Shown here: piece after piece, positions 25,869-39,038 of the stretch
Layout: each line of letters begins with the position of its first letter
Numbering within the stretch: position 1 is the first letter of the stretch
Source of the DNA: Folioceros fuciformis
Lineage: Eukaryota
Assembly (NCBI GenBank): GCA_049999805.1
Contig: JBNGIO010006317.1
Span: forward strand, 598,493 to 661,661
DNA: 63,169 nucleotides
Direction: 5' to 3'
Position numbers and translations under genes: made by a program
The notes under the pieces: model-generated
What the model saw: the letters and a program-made list of their open reading frames with translations, nothing else
Databases searched by the model: none
What the model was told of the DNA's origin: nothing

Positions 25869-26233
25869 CCTGCGGGCACCGCTCTCTCGAAGATCGTAGG
25901 CGAAGAACATCAAAATTTGCGAACTCCTGGAGGAAGACACGTGAGGAGCATGTTATTTGTTCTCCGTCTCCCTTTCGGAAATTTCGCCTTCGCCATTGAT
26001 CTCGAACGAAGAACCACTATCGACAGGCTTCGCTTCCCGTCGTCTCTTCCAATACACTTCTGCAATCCTCCGTATCTATTACTCACAGTCAAGTGCTCAA
26101 TGCAGGGCACCAGACATTGAGTCATGTGATAGTCGTATATTTGCATGAAAAAGTAACCATAGTTGACGCCAGGGACCTGCACCTGGGTAAGCATGCAGAC
26201 CGGAGTAGGAGATGGAAACGCACGCGTATAGCA

Positions 26234-29200
26234 ATGGCAGCTCGAGCCGCGGCTTTGTCGTCTGTGTCGCGTCGAGCTCTTACGGTTCCTATCAGGGTAG
26301 TGACGTCGACGCATTGTTTGTCATCGGGTTGCCCTCCGTGCGCAGCCTCGACGTCCTCATCCGCCTCCGCCTCTGTGACATCGCGGGGGCTGCGGCGCTC
26401 GTACAAGTTGCTCGGCAGGCGAGGAGTGAGCACCTGTTCTGGGGGAGGTATGTTTAAGGTTGTCAACAGCGCGTCGCGGGTAGAGGCGGGAGGCCCGCCC
26501 GTGGTGACGGAGAAGGAGAAGGAGGTGGAGGTGTCGGCACTTGCAACTGAGGCGGTGGGAGAGCCGTCTCCCGTCGGGCTCACCAGACCGTTCACTCGCT
26601 CGTTCCCCGAGGTGAGCGGGTTTGGATAGTTCGCAGCTTTGCTGCTTTTCGGTTGGGATGGTAGTAAGCAATTTGGGACTTTCTGGGGCTCTGGGTCTAC
26701 AGGTGGTGGTGGGCATTAAGTCTATCGATGCAACCGAGTGGAAGGGGGATGTGCTGGCTCTCGGGGTTTTTGAAGGGGAGCTTGAGACCGATGAAGGGGG
26801 CGCATTCAAGAACAGTGCGTTGCAGAAGTTGGATGGATTTCTGGGTGGAGTCTTAACTGATCTTGCCAAGGAGGAAGATTTATCCGGCAAGTCTGGTTCA
26901 TCTGCGTTCGTGAGGCTCTCGGGCTATGGGTTCAAGAAAGTTGGTCTAGTTGGGCTGGGGAAGGTGGAGGATGCCAAGACTTCCACATGGAAAGGATTTG
27001 GAGAGGCTATTGCTTCTGTGACTAAGACGAAGTCTTCAGTGGCTGCTGCTATCCCTTCTGCCAAGGAGTTATCGGAGGATGTGCAGGTTGCGGCCGCAGC
27101 AGCTATCGTGTCAGGTAGGTGTGTGTAGCTCGCCTGGCTTGGAGGAGGTAGCCTGTTGTTTGCTGTATTGCTGCTATAATGTGGGTGTGCTGGTTCTGAG
27201 CAGGGTTACTTTTGGAGCAATTCAATGACACCAGATTCAAGACGGAGTCCAAGGATCCCCCTGCCATTACGCTGGATATTCTTGGTGGTGGGGATGAGAA
27301 GGCCTTTGCACATAAGTTGCTGCAGGTAACGAGCTCCGCCAATGGTGTGGTGCTGGCTAAACAGCTGGTGAATGCACCAGCAAATGTCTTAACTCCTGGT
27401 ATGTGCTGCTTACTATGTCCGACATGCTCCTGCCAAGATTTCAGTGCAACATTTATCTGACCGCGATTGCTTGCGGCTGAATCCCCAATTGCGATTATAT
27501 CCTCCAGCGGTACTTGCAGAGGAAGCCAAGAAGATTGGTGCGGCGCATCCTGACGTGTTGACAGTCAAAGTCTTGGATGAAACAGAATGCACCAAGTTGA
27601 AAATGGGTGCATATTTAGGGGTCGCCGCTGGTTCTGAAAACCCTCCTGCTTTCATCCATATACAGTACAGACCGGAAGGAGCTATCCATACTAAGTTGGC
27701 GATTGTTGGGAAAGGTTTGACATTTGACAGGTGGGCATGTTTCGTTCCCAGGTGGTCCAATTGTATTAATGTTTTTCTGTATTTTTTCACTCCACCTGAT
27801 CGTTGATTGCCTCAATCGTTAGTGGTGGCTACAACCTGAAGACCGGTCCAGGCTCATTGATTGAGCTCATGAAGTTTGACATGGGGGGTGCAGCCGCTGC
27901 ATTTGGGGCTGCTAAGGCCATTGCAAGCATCCATCCTCCGGGTGTTGAGGTGAGGTTTTGACTTGGGTCATGTTTTACTCTTTGCCTTGCACATTTCTTT
28001 GGTTTCCGGATTCAGTTCTGTTGATGTGCACCTGCAGGTTAATTTTATTGTTGCTGCATGTGAGAACATGATAAGTGGTAAGGGGATGAGACCGGGTGAC
28101 ATTCTGACTGCTTCAAATGGCAAGACCATTGAGGTAAGGGATTCAGAACGTGAGAGTTTGTTGGTGTATTTCCTGGGGAACGCACTCTTACCGTGCTTTT
28201 AACTTGCTTTTCAGGTGAACAACACAGATGCTGAAGGTCGTCTGACTTTGGCCGATGCTCTTGTGTATGCCACCGGTTTAGGAGTTGACAAGGTGTGCTA
28301 TCATTATGCAGTTGGAAATCTCATATGTTGTTGTAATCAGCCTGCTTCTTGCTGTCCATTTGATGCTTTGTATTGTATACAGTAGTCCTTTGACTTTCGC
28401 TCAATTGTTAACGCAATCCTCAGGTGGTTGATCTTGCTACGCTAACAGGGGCCTGCATTGTAGCTCTTGGTAGCAGCGTTGGAGGTACCCAGAAAAAGTT
28501 TCGTTTGCTGCATTGTTGTCCGTTATGGGTTAATGACTGCGGACTTTTCTGATACTGTACTGTGGACTGTGCAGGATTGTTCACGAAGCACGATGAACTT
28601 GCGGAGGAGCTAGTTACAGCATCTAAAGCAGCTGGAGAGAAGCTTTGGAGACTTCCAATGGAAGAGAGTTACTGGGAGGGCATGAAGTCTAACATTGCTG
28701 ACATGGTTAATACAGGGGGACGGTATGGCGGATCAATAACTGCTGCTCTGTTCCTGAGCCAGGTGCAGTGGACTCTCCTTTCGTTGGTTTGATCCGTTTA
28801 TTTGATAGGTAGGAAAGCCTCCAGAAAATTGTGGGATGATGTATGGTTTGGTTCTGGATTGAAAATCTGGAGGTCATGTCCGTTGATGAATTCTGTCTGG
28901 AATTATGGGCTTGGGTTTCTGTCATGCTGAAACCTTTTTGTGCTGTGATGATACCAAATGTTTCGGACTAGAGTTTCTGATCTGATCATCAGATCTGACG
29001 ATACGCTTTGGCTGTCTGAGCATAGCCGCCGTGTGACGTGGCTGTCTGGACCTTAATTTATGACTGGTAGGCTGAACTACCGTGCGATTGTGCTTATCTT
29101 CGTGTATTTGCTATCAATACAGTTTGTTGACAAGGATATTCCTTGGGCCCATTTGGACATTGCGGGGCCAGTGTGGAACGAGAAGAAAGGCGGGGGCACA

Positions 29201-29263
29201 GGTTTTGCTGTTGGCACCCTTGTGGAATGGGTTGTCAAGCAGTCATCGCCATCTACAAGCTGA
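26234..29263 (+). CDS. LAP: Leucyl aminopeptidase, M17 family, with Ser/Ala/Arg-rich transit peptide
   Basis: [98 protein letters not shown]; stop at 29261-29263. Confidence 0.96.
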
Positions 29264-29744
29264 GACTGGACTGCTATGTGGGGGACCTTGCGTTCTGTAA
29301 ATGGCATGTGGGTGAGGATGCAGGTGGGCCCTGCCCACATCACCACCTGCAAGTCCTAGTGTCATGAACATTCCGCTAAGAGAATTTCGTCCTGGTTTGC
29401 AGGTCCGATGATGGGTTTCGTCCAAAGTGAATGAACTGTACATACAGTCCGATTGTAGGCCTGTTTTTGTCCCCAACAACACGGATCGCAGTTTCTGCTG
29501 CGATTCCCAGTGTTGTCCATCACTACATTTCTACTTGTAAAGTAAGCGGAGATTGTATCCATACAACTCATCACGAAACGCATCTGGATCCTTCCGGAAC
29601 TTTCCTTTGTCACTTGATCGTGTCCAATGTGTGTGCACGGTAATTCTCTAGATGTGAATATGCACATTACACCCTGAGAATGCATTGACACTCCTACGTT
29701 GCTCCGAGGAATTCACTCCTGTCCCAGTTGTTAATTTTTGCGCC

Positions 29745-31977
29745 ATGGCTACGTCGTTTTGTTCCCAGGTCGCCTGCCATGCCACCTCGTTGGGAAGCCG
29801 CTGCATATCCATGAAGGGCGGGAGACGCTCCGCACAAGCTACCACCAGGAAGATGCATCGCACCGGTGTCCGAGCAGAGATAGTCTCGGACCCTGAGGCT
29901 GGAGAAGATGCTCCAGCATCTTCCTCCTCGTCGGGATCCCCTCCCGTGCCGTCAATCCCTTCCCCGGCCTACAAGACTCCGCAGCCGAGGAGGTTCTATG
30001 TGAGGCCAGACAAGTTCCTAGACGTGGCCGGCGGGGCTTTGAGCTTGCCTTTCCGACTAGGGACTGGGGTGTTCGCGAGCGGGTGAGCTCTTGTGTTGAT
30101 TGAGCTGAGCTTTGCACGGTTACTGGCACCCACATCTCTGCGTCTCCGGGGCTGAAACGTCGCAACTGTTGAAGGAAACGTGGGCCCCCATGTTGGCAGG
30201 TACCAAGCAAAGTTTGTTCCGAAGGCAGAGGTTCCCGCTGACACCTACTCAATTCTGGAACTTGCAGGTAATGTCATGCCCTGCAAGTGCGTCGGGCTTG
30301 GAGTGAGCATAGTCGTGGATGAGACTTCTGAGCGGTTGATAGCAGCTCACTGATGTTTGTGTCCTGTGATGGTTGGTGCAACAGGTTACAAGCTCATCGA
30401 GTCATCAAATCTAAGCCCTCGACCTGAGAAACCGATTGAGATCTACGAATTTGAAGGGTCTGTCTCTCCACGTTTTAGCTGTCTGCTGCAGAGCTCATCA
30501 ACCACGGTCATGAACACTTATATGCCATAGTGTGGCCTGCGCAGATGTCCCTACTGCCGGAAGGTGAGTCCATGGTCCCCGGCACCAATCAGAGGCGCAC
30601 TTTCTCACGTTTTTGCTACTCACTTAGCTGGGAAGCCGTGATGAAAGTTGAGCCCACATGTCTGCCGACTGTGATGTCATGCAGGTGAGGGAAATTGTAT
30701 CTATTTTGGATCTTGATGTGCTTTACTATCCTTGTCCCAAGGATGGGCCTACATTCCGGCCCAAGGCAATCAAGCTCGGGGGCAAGAAGCAATTCCCCTA
30801 CATGGTAGTAGATTTTGTCTTCTGTTTGCTTCTGTTACCTTTGCGGGATTGAGAGTCTTGTCTTCTGTTTGCTTCTGTACCCTGTACGGGATTCGGGTCT
30901 TCATGTGTCAAGCTGTTTTGCTCTCGTTCTTTGTGAAGAGTTTACTGATTGTTACTACCTCTGCTCCTTTTAGGTGGATCCCAACAGCGGGGTGTCTATG
31001 TACGAATCTGATGATATCATAAATTATCTGGTGACGAGTTACGGTGCGTGCAGCTCCAATCCTTCCATCCTCTGTTCACAGAACGCCGGTTGTTGGCTTG
31101 CAAACTCATGTGCAGTTCGTGTGGACAATGTTTTCAGGTGATGGAAATGTCCCTCGAATGCTTTCTTTGGGCATGTTCACGGTAAGCACCTCTACATTCC
31201 AAACGTTTAGAGCTGCAGGCGTACGGAACCTGTGTCAAACCTAAACGTGGGCGTATGTGGCAGACCTTGACAGCAGGCTTTGCCATGGTCGGGAGAGCTG
31301 GAAAGGTATTTTTCAACCAATAAAGGAAAGGAGCAATATCCCGTGGTGATGGCAGCTCTCTCATGTTCATCCCGCTTGAGACAGTCTCTCTTGGTTCGCA
31401 GGGCTCCAAGTACACCCCAGCCAAAACAGCAGCCTTACCTCTCGAGTTGTGGGCTTATGAGGTAGATACCTGATAACTCCCCTCTTCAAATGAGAGACTG
31501 AGAGAGACATAGCATCTGTCACAACGAACTGTGACTTCGGCGTGCAGGGCTCTCCGTTCTGCAAAATCGTGAGGGAGGCGCTCGTGGAGCTTGAACTGCC
31601 CCATGTGCAACATAGGTACGTCACTCACCGAGAAACGATTAGAAAGTTGCCGATGCAACCACTTTCATGTCCCAGCTATCATGTCCTGAGACAGTCTTTT
31701 TGTCTAATTCACAGCACTCCCCGAGGAAGCCTCAGACGCTCTGAACTTCTCCAAAGGACCGGTACTTTTCAGGTACGAGATTCCTCCCTGCTTTCTGACC
31801 CGGATATGTGGGCAAGAATAGAAGTCCTACCAAATCTGGCTGTCTTACCATTTGCGCGGTCCTACCATTTCCCAGGTTCCCTATCTCGAGGACCCCAACA
31901 CGGGCGTGAAGATGTTTGAGAGCGCCGAGATTGTAGAGTACCTCCGCGCCGCATATGCCCTTCCAGCTGCCTCGTAG
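29745..31977 (+). CDS. Plastid protein with two GST-N/glutaredoxin-like domains (2GSTN type), multi-exon
   Basis: IEIYEFEGCPYCRKVRE..LDLDVLYYPCPKDG..GGKKQFPYMVDPN..MYESDDIINYL; second domain LWAYEGSPFCKIVRE..FQVPYLEDPNTGVKMFESAEIVEYL; TAG at 31975-31977. Confidence 0.88.
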
Positions 31978-32366
31978 TAGCATCCGTGTTGGATACTAAA
32001 TAGCTATAGTTAGTGTACACAGCGCCACCATGTAATGCCAAACTCTCCTGTTCCATAAGCTCTGTTCATGATCTTCCCCGGCTGGCGGCCATCCCTTGAC
32101 CTGGGATTCAACTCACAAATCTCGCGTCCTCATCGTCTAGCAATCACTGGCTTGTCTCGTAATCCCGCTTGTAATCCTATTCGCAATCCTGCCTTCAGCT
32201 GGATTACGAATAGGCGTGAATCAGGATCCTGTCTCTCCATTCGACGATACCAAGTGGGCCATTTCCGGCACTACCGGGCTCTAGCGGGTTCGCAGACAAC
32301 GTAAGCCTAGCGGGCATGTCGCCCTATGGTCTAGTTGTACTTGCTATCCAGAGCCCCATATTCCTC

Positions 32367-32374
32367 GGATATTC
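32367..32374. promoter_or_regulatory. P1BS-like element (GNATATNC; PHR1-binding consensus)
   Basis: GGATATTC about 460 bp upstream of the PHT1 ATG; a second match, GCATATGC, at 31951-31958. The motif is short and also occurs by chance. Confidence 0.45.
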
Positions 32375-32830
32375 CCCTGCCGAGACGTCACTGAACTGTG
32401 GATCCCGCTCACGTCGCGTAAAAATGGGAGGAATCGCAACTCGACGAACCGGGGTCCGCCTTGCCAAGCAGGCGGGTGGCTCGCCGCGGCACTGCAGGCC
32501 ACGCAACTGCCTCTCCCGGGCCCGCAGAGACGAGCTCGACTTGGCCTACAAGAGCAGCCGCGAAACGCACGCTCGGGAGTTTCATCTGCAACGAAGAACT
32601 GGCACTCTGGAATGACTGTTGCAGTGTGGCTTCACCCTTCACTTGTCGCTTCTGCTGCTGTTGCTGGCGCTGCCTGTGCTCATGCAGGTATGGCGTAGGG
32701 TAATCGCAAGCCTTTATGGTGGCGGCGGCTTGTGTTCGGTGGAGCCTGCAGTCGGTAACGAATTGTGTTCGGTGAAGCGTTTGAATTCGGGAGGGAATTG
32801 GAAGGGAGAAGGAATTATCCGGCGCTGAAG

Positions 32831-34603
32831 ATGGTGGGAACGCACAGGGTACTCCAGGCCCTGGACTCGGCCAGGACACAATGGTACCACTTTACCACCA
32901 TCCTCATCGCGGGCATGGGCTTCTTCACAGACGCGTACGACCTATTCTGCATCTCCACGGTGTCGCGCCTACTGGGACGGCTCTATTACTACGATCCGAA
33001 GGCTGGGACTCCGGGGGTTCTCCCAGCGAACGTCTCCGCGGCCGTGAACAGTGTTGCCCTCTGCGGGACTCTCGCCGGCCAGCTCTTCTTCGGCTGGCTT
33101 GGTGACAAGATGGGGAGGAAACGGGTGTACGGCATCACGCTCCTCCTCATGATCTTCTCCTCAATTGGCTCGAGCCTGTCCTGGGGCCACTCGGCCAAGG
33201 CGGTGATGTGGTCTCTGTGCTTCTGGCGCTTCTGGCTGGGGTTCGGGATCGGCGGGGACTACCCGCTGTCGGCCACCATCATGTCGGAGTATGCAAACAA
33301 AGCCACCCGGGGGGCCTTCATCGCGGCCGTGTTCGCCATGCAGGGGGTCGGGATTGTGACGGCCGCGTGCGTGGCGATCGTGGTGTCGTCGGCATTCCGG
33401 AGAGGATACCCCTCCCCGAGTTTCGACGAAGATCAAGTGTTCTCCACCCCGCCCGAGGCAGACTACGTGTGGCGGATCGTGTTTGGGCTCGGGGCCGTCC
33501 CGGCCGGGCTCACATTCTACTACCGCATGAAGATGCCGGAGACGGCGCGGTACACGGCCCTGGTGGAGGGAAACCTGAGGCAGGCGGCGGCGGACATGGC
33601 CAAGGTGATGGACGTGAACTTCCCGGAAGCGGAGATGCCGGACGATGATCAGCTGGACGCCTTGCGAATGGAGCAGTTTCAGCGCCGGCTGCAGATCGCT
33701 GCTTGCGGCGGGAAGTACGGGCTCAACAGCAAGGAATTCATCCGGCGGCACGGGCTACAGCTGTTAGGGTGCTCCGCTTCCTGGTTCTTCCTCGACGTTG
33801 CTTTCTACAGCCAGAACTTGTTCCAGAAGGACGTGTTCTCGGCCGTCGGATGGCTCCCACGTCCAGGCACCATGAGCGCGCTGGAGGAAGTGTTCCGGAT
33901 CAGCAAGGCCCAGGCCGTGATTGCCCTAGTGTCCACCGTTCCGGGGTACTGGTGCACGGTGGCCACCGTCGAGAAGCTCGGGCGGAAGGTGATCCAGCTG
34001 CTTGGCTTCTTCATGATGACGCTCTTCATGTTCCTCATCACGCTCAACTACGACGAGCTCACCTGCGGGAGCCACGGGGTGGGCTCGGAGAATGAAAGAT
34101 CCAAGTGCGGGGGGAGCAGCGCTGCCTTCCTCTTCCTCTACTCCCTCACCTTCTTCTTCGCCAATTTCGGACCAAATGCAACTACTTTCATCATTCCGGC
34201 CGAGCTGTTCCCCGCGCGGTTGCGGTCCACGTGCCACGGCATCTCCGCCGCGTTTGGCAAGCTCGGGGCCATCGTCGGCTCCTTCGGATTCCTGTACGCC
34301 AGCCAGCAGAAGCACAAGCCCCAACCGGGCTTTCCGCGCGGGATCGGGATCAAAAACGCACTGCTCCTGCTGGCCGTCACCAACACCGTCGGCCTCCTTT
34401 TCACCATCTTCTTCGTCCCCGAGACCAAGGGCAAGTCCTTGGAGGAGCTCTCCGGCGAGGCAGAGCTCATGGACATCAGCAAGTCCAGCGTCGTGCCCAT
34501 GACCTCGCCCCCTGACCTTCATTTCGCCGCCCCAACCATCTCTGTTCAAAGGCGGGCTCACGACGGCCATTTCCAGACACACGACGGCCATCTCCAGATC
34601 TAG
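32831..34603 (+). CDS. PHT1: PHT1-family inorganic phosphate:H+ symporter (MFS), single coding exon
   Basis: [31 protein letters not shown], signature [63 protein letters not shown]. Confidence 0.97.
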   Translation: MVGTHRVLQALDSARTQWYHFTTILIAGMGFFTDAYDLFCISTVSRLLGRLYYYDPKAGTPGVLPANVSAAVNSVALCGTLAGQLFFGWLGDKMGRKRVYGITLLLMIFSSIGSSLSWGHSAKAVMWSLCFWRFWLGFGIGGDYPLSATIMSEYANKATRGAFIAAVFAMQGVGIVTAACVAIVVSSAFRRGYPSPSFDEDQVFSTPPEADYVWRIVFGLGAVPAGLTFYYRMKMPETARYTALVEGNLRQAAADMAKVMDVNFPEAEMPDDDQLDALRMEQFQRRLQIAACGGKYGLNSKEFIRRHGLQLLGCSASWFFLDVAFYSQNLFQKDVFSAVGWLPRPGTMSALEEVFRISKAQAVIALVSTVPGYWCTVATVEKLGRKVIQLLGFFMMTLFMFLITLNYDELTCGSHGVGSENERSKCGGSSAAFLFLYSLTFFFANFGPNATTFIIPAELFPARLRSTCHGISAAFGKLGAIVGSFGFLYASQQKHKPQPGFPRGIGIKNALLLLAVTNTVGLLFTIFFVPETKGKSLEELSGEAELMDISKSSVVPMTSPPDLHFAAPTISVQRRAHDGHFQTHDGHLQI

Positions 34604-35542
34604 CCTTCACGCGTTGTTCTGCTCACAGCTACTATGCTTCCATGTACCATATCAAATCTACACAGGTACATACATATACAAGTATGCTGCTTGTTTCCTC
34701 TGGAACACTCATGCAGTGCGCACCACTTTGTTTTAGGTTGTGGTTGTATTGTATTGAAAGATGTTGGGGCATTCCTGTGTCACACCTGCCATGGTGGAAT
34801 ATAATATGCCATTTCATGTACTGTGATATATTTTTGTTGGATTGTATTTTATTGAAATTTATTAAAATATTTTTAAAAAAATTAATATACTATATATTAT
34901 ATCAATGTTGTATATTTTTGCTCTAATATTCAACCCCACAAAACTATAATATGATCTAGCTGAGGTTTTTGTTGTTCCATTAATAAGGATTTTATTTTGG
35001 GTTTCTCGCAAATCATGTAGTGATTAAGCATATTAGAATATTTCGATGAGCTTTATCCTAAGTCTCTTGCAACATTTGGTGCCTTGGTCAGGTTAATCTA
35101 CTTAGAAGGGTTATCTCTTATGTTTAACTTCACAAGTTGCTGCTTGCGTTTATCTAGATAAAGAGAGAGAATATAGGTATGTTACATAGAATAGAGAAAT
35201 GAACAATATTTTCTATTATTGAAAAAGAGATGGAAAGTCCCATTACTCGAAAGATTGGGGAAACAATTGGAGCAAGGCCAAAGATCAAAAAGGTACTAGC
35301 CTCTTCAAATAGTATTGTCAACAACTTACCCAACTACGGTCAAAGGCCAAAAGGATACTAACCATAAATAATAAAAACACATACCAAAAAGAAAAAGGAA
35401 GGGGGAAAGAAAAAAAGAAGAAAAACCTCATCGTGGCCGTCTTGGTTGTTGTCAGCCCTAACAGTGAGGTTGTTGTGGTTCCAGGAATTTGTATATATAT
35501 ATAATATGATGCAAGATCGTGAACCTTCATATATAGGATACC

Positions 35543-36370
35543 TAATGGTTCTAATTTCTCTTTTTGGAAGTTTCGTGTTAAGGTTGCCCTTTTAGATGAT
35601 TGGTCTATTGTTGATAGTTCTGAGGTTTATCCTCAAAATGGTACCCTAGCAGAACAATTATCTTGGAGGCAAAGGAATTCAAAAGCTCTCATGCTTTTAA
35701 TTGGATCTATTGAAGATCTTTGTCTTGGCCAACTTATGACTAAGACTACTGCAGCAAACGTGTCGTGTGGCAGGTGTTGCTTTCTTCTTATGAGTTGCGT
35801 GGCTTGGCGCACTCTCAAGCCAATCTTGCTCGACTCATGGATTTTAAAATGGGGGTGTTTCAATCAGTTAAAGACTTCATTGATCAATTTACTTCTCTCA
35901 TTGTGGATTGTCAAGCTTTTGGATTGGAGGTGTCTATGGAAATGCAAATTTTTCATCTTCTTCGAGCATTGCCTTCTTCTTATGAGACTTTCAAATTGTC
36001 CTTTAATAATGGTGCTCTTCCTCTTACTATTGAAGCTTTACAAGATTTATTGTTCATTGAGGAGTTACGACAGAAAAAGATACGATCTGATGCTGGTCCA
36101 GATGAGGCCTTGCTTGGCTATCCAGCGAAAAGGCAACACCTTTCTCAAAGTGGGGACTGGCATCCTTTTGTCCACAATAATTCTCGTTTTTCTTCTTCTC
36201 AGGCTTATGTGGTACCGTAGTTTTCTGGATCATCATCTCATCCAACGGGACCTATTATTTGTTTTCGATGTCATCGGCTAGGGCATATTGCTCGTTTCTG
36301 TCGTTTTTCTTCTTCTTCTTATTGGCGTGATCTTACTATTACTGAAGAAGAGAAAATGAAAAGAATCTAG
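35543..36370 (+). mobile_element. Ty1/copia gag remnant (UBN2-type gag plus CCHC zinc knuckle), no pol
   Basis: NGSNFSFWKFRVK..W..RNSKALMLLIGSI, (frameshift) WQVLLSSYE..LMDFKM..LLRALPSSYETF, then CFRCHRLGHIARFC near 36260-36301. Confidence 0.75.
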
Positions 36371-36914
36371 TTGAGACTGTGAACAAGCCAGTGATCCCCC
36401 TTATGTTTAATATTCGTGTTGTTGCTCACTTTGGACGGAGTTCAACTCTGCATGCCATGTTCAGGTTGTTGCAATGCGCACAACTATTTGCGCATTTCTT
36501 CCTTCTTCAAGGATGGACCATGTTAACACGGTCGGTTGGACACGCGCCCCGTGTGGTGTGGTAAGGTTGCACCCACTTCCGCATGAGTCCGATCTTTCAT
36601 GCGAATTTAAAGGGGGTGGTAGTCGGTGCAGCCACTGTAACCCGAATGGGAAATGCGCAGCGGTGGAAGCCGTTCACTGCGACAGCCGGTCGCGCTCCTC
36701 ACTGCTCCATCACCAGTACGGCTCCACTCACGAATTGCCACTCTCAGGAATTGCAGCGCAGTAATCGAGAAGAAGCCGGAGAAACGGGGAACAGCAGTCA
36801 TTGGAATCTTGACCTGAATAAAGAATTCTGTGGAGAAGGATGCTGCAGAGTCCCATCGATCTCAAAAGCGTGTCCATCCGCAGTCCAGGCCGGGGGCAGA
36901 GTCGAGTCGTGGAG

Positions 36915-38589
36915 ATGCCAATGGGAGCTCCCACAATGCGAGTGCTGGAATTTGTTATCCTCATGTGCCGGATTTCTGTTCTGCTCTTGATCCCCGTCCC
37001 GCTCAACGCGAGTCGGCAAGGCTATAATTTTGAATGCCCGGCGGCGATTTTTGGGCTTGGAGACTCTCTGCTGGACACCGGGGAGTTGCTGCGAGCGTTC
37101 CCATCGCCAGCGTTGGCGCTGTCAGGAAACCCACCTTACGGCAGCTCGTTTCCTGGCTACCCGACTGGCCGCTACGGTGATGGCAAGCTCATGATCGACT
37201 TCATCGGTGAGTGAAGCTGGTGTATGGATCTGGGTTCGTCGTGGCCTGGTGCAATGACCGGATAATTTGCCAATGCCGGTTGACGGGTGCACCGACTGTG
37301 CAGCGGAAGGAGTCGGTCTACCCCTTGTCCATCCCTATTTCGCAAATCTTGGAGCTGAATACAAGCACGGTGTGAACTTCGCCGTCGCGGGATCCACTAG
37401 CCGGAACACTCCGATATCTGTGCCATTCTTCCTTGCTTTTCAGGTGGACCAGGCACTCTTCTTCCACTCCGCATCTCTTGCACGCTCGAAACGGCTGTTG
37501 CTCCCACACTCAGGTTACGAAGGATTGATCATCTTCAGTGCCTTGCAGCTTTTTGTATCCAGATAGGCTGCATGTCTTGACTGCGGCTACTGTCTGCGTG
37601 CAGCGCCAGGGCCTTCTTCCTTTACTCGCCGCGGCCTCTACTACATCACATCGGGCGGAAATGACATCATCTTGCACCTCGCGCTCGGAGGCCCCGTCGC
37701 CCGGCTTACAATCCCTACCATCAGAGCTGTGATCTTACCGGAAGTTGTTTCCAACATTTCCGCCGCCGTCACTGTAAGTAACGTGTGCAGGTCTTGCGGG
37801 GTTCGGTTGTTGCAGTTTCTGCAGGAGGAGCCTCCTGGAGAGTAGTCTCGAGCCCGGAAGGGAAGGGACAGGAATTGCCTGAAAAGATTTCAGGATACCT
37901 CCGAAACTGAGTGAAGCGTTTTTGTTGTTGCCTCTCCATGGCAGCGACTGTATGAAGAGATTGGAGCCAGACAGTTTGTGGTGTGGGGCATTTCCGCTGT
38001 GGGATGCACCCCTGCTCTTCTGACTTTGCTGCAAACAGATCCTGAGGCTGGTCCGCTCGATGAGCTCGGATGCCTGGAAGGCGTCAACAACCTTGTCCAG
38101 GAATTAAACTCGCAACTGGCAGCAGGCATCCAAGGACTGAGACAGAGCCTTCCAGATGCCCTCATCATCCTTGTCGACTTCTACAGCATCACGCGCAACA
38201 TCACAACCGATTACCGAAACTACGGTAACTTAGCATCGCCTTGATCCAGCCTGGAATTCAAAATTCCTGGAAGTGAATGTACATACGAAGGGAGGTTCGG
38301 TAGCGGTGCTTGCAAACATCCGAAATGTTTCTTACCTTTCTGTGCAGGATTCAAGGAGAAGCTGAAGGCGTGCTGTGGCTCGCCCACAGGTCCCTACGAC
38401 TACAACTACGATCCAACCGCTCTATGTGGGATGCCTGGGGCAAACTTTTCTGTCTGCGCTGAGCCTGCCAAATATATCAGCTGGGATGGAGTTCACTACA
38501 CACAGGCGGCTTACAAGCTTATGGCAGAGGCTTTCCTGAGTGGACAGATCTTGGATCCGCCAATTCCGATATCCTCCCTTTGCAATTAG
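36915..38589 (+). CDS. Secreted GDSL esterase/lipase (copy 1), 5 exons
   Basis: IFGLGDSLLDTG, PPYG..PTGRYGDGKLMIDFI, GVNFAVAGS, SGGND, PAKYISWDGVHYTQAAY; TAG at 38587-38589. The start could also be 36921 or 36936. Confidence 0.9.
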
Positions 38590-38687
38590 CAAGATGCTAA
38601 ACGCAGGTAGTTAAAAGCAACAAACAAAGGAATCGCAATCCTGCCTCAAGTTTTTTGAACAAACCTAATTATAACAGCATTGGGTCT

Positions 38688-38907
38688 CAGCTTGTCGTGA
38701 GAAAGGACACCAAAGTATTTCAGCTTGTGGTGAGAAAGGACACTAAAGTATTTCAGCTTGTGGTGAGAAAGGTGAAGAGCCATTCATTATCGTATTATGT
38801 CAAGATGAAGCTTGTCTTGCGCATAGTGGACAAAAGGGACACCATACTGAAGAACCATTCATTATCGTGTTATGTCAAGATGAAGCTTGTCTTGAGCAAA
38901 GTGGACG
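38688..38907. repeat. Composite tandem repeat: about 2.7 x 33 bp followed by about 2 x 75 bp
   Basis: tcagcttgtggtgagaaaggacactaaagtatt units (38688-38772), then tgaagarccattcattatcgtrttatgtcaagatgaagcttgtcttg... twice (38773-38907). Confidence 0.9.
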
Positions 38908-39038
38908 TGTGGATTGTATTAGAGTAGGATTTCATTGCACTACTGGCTAGCACCATTTAGAGGATGGTAAAAAGTAGATGGTATTAGTCATGCTTAGCTT
39001 CTTATATCTCCAGCCATGACATTCTTAAACTGGACAAA

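Noticed and set aside
32316-32828. Short ORFs upstream of PHT1 as uORFs or an extra exon
   Set aside because: No in-frame splice to PHT1 found and no recognisable conservation.
34560-34600. 21-bp duplication at the PHT1 C-terminus ([14 protein letters not shown])
   Set aside because: Real, but a minor slippage event in a variable tail; no basis for a functional claim.
38688-38907. CRISPR-like array
   Set aside because: Units are contiguous tandem copies with no unique spacers, there are no cas genes, and the context is eukaryotic.
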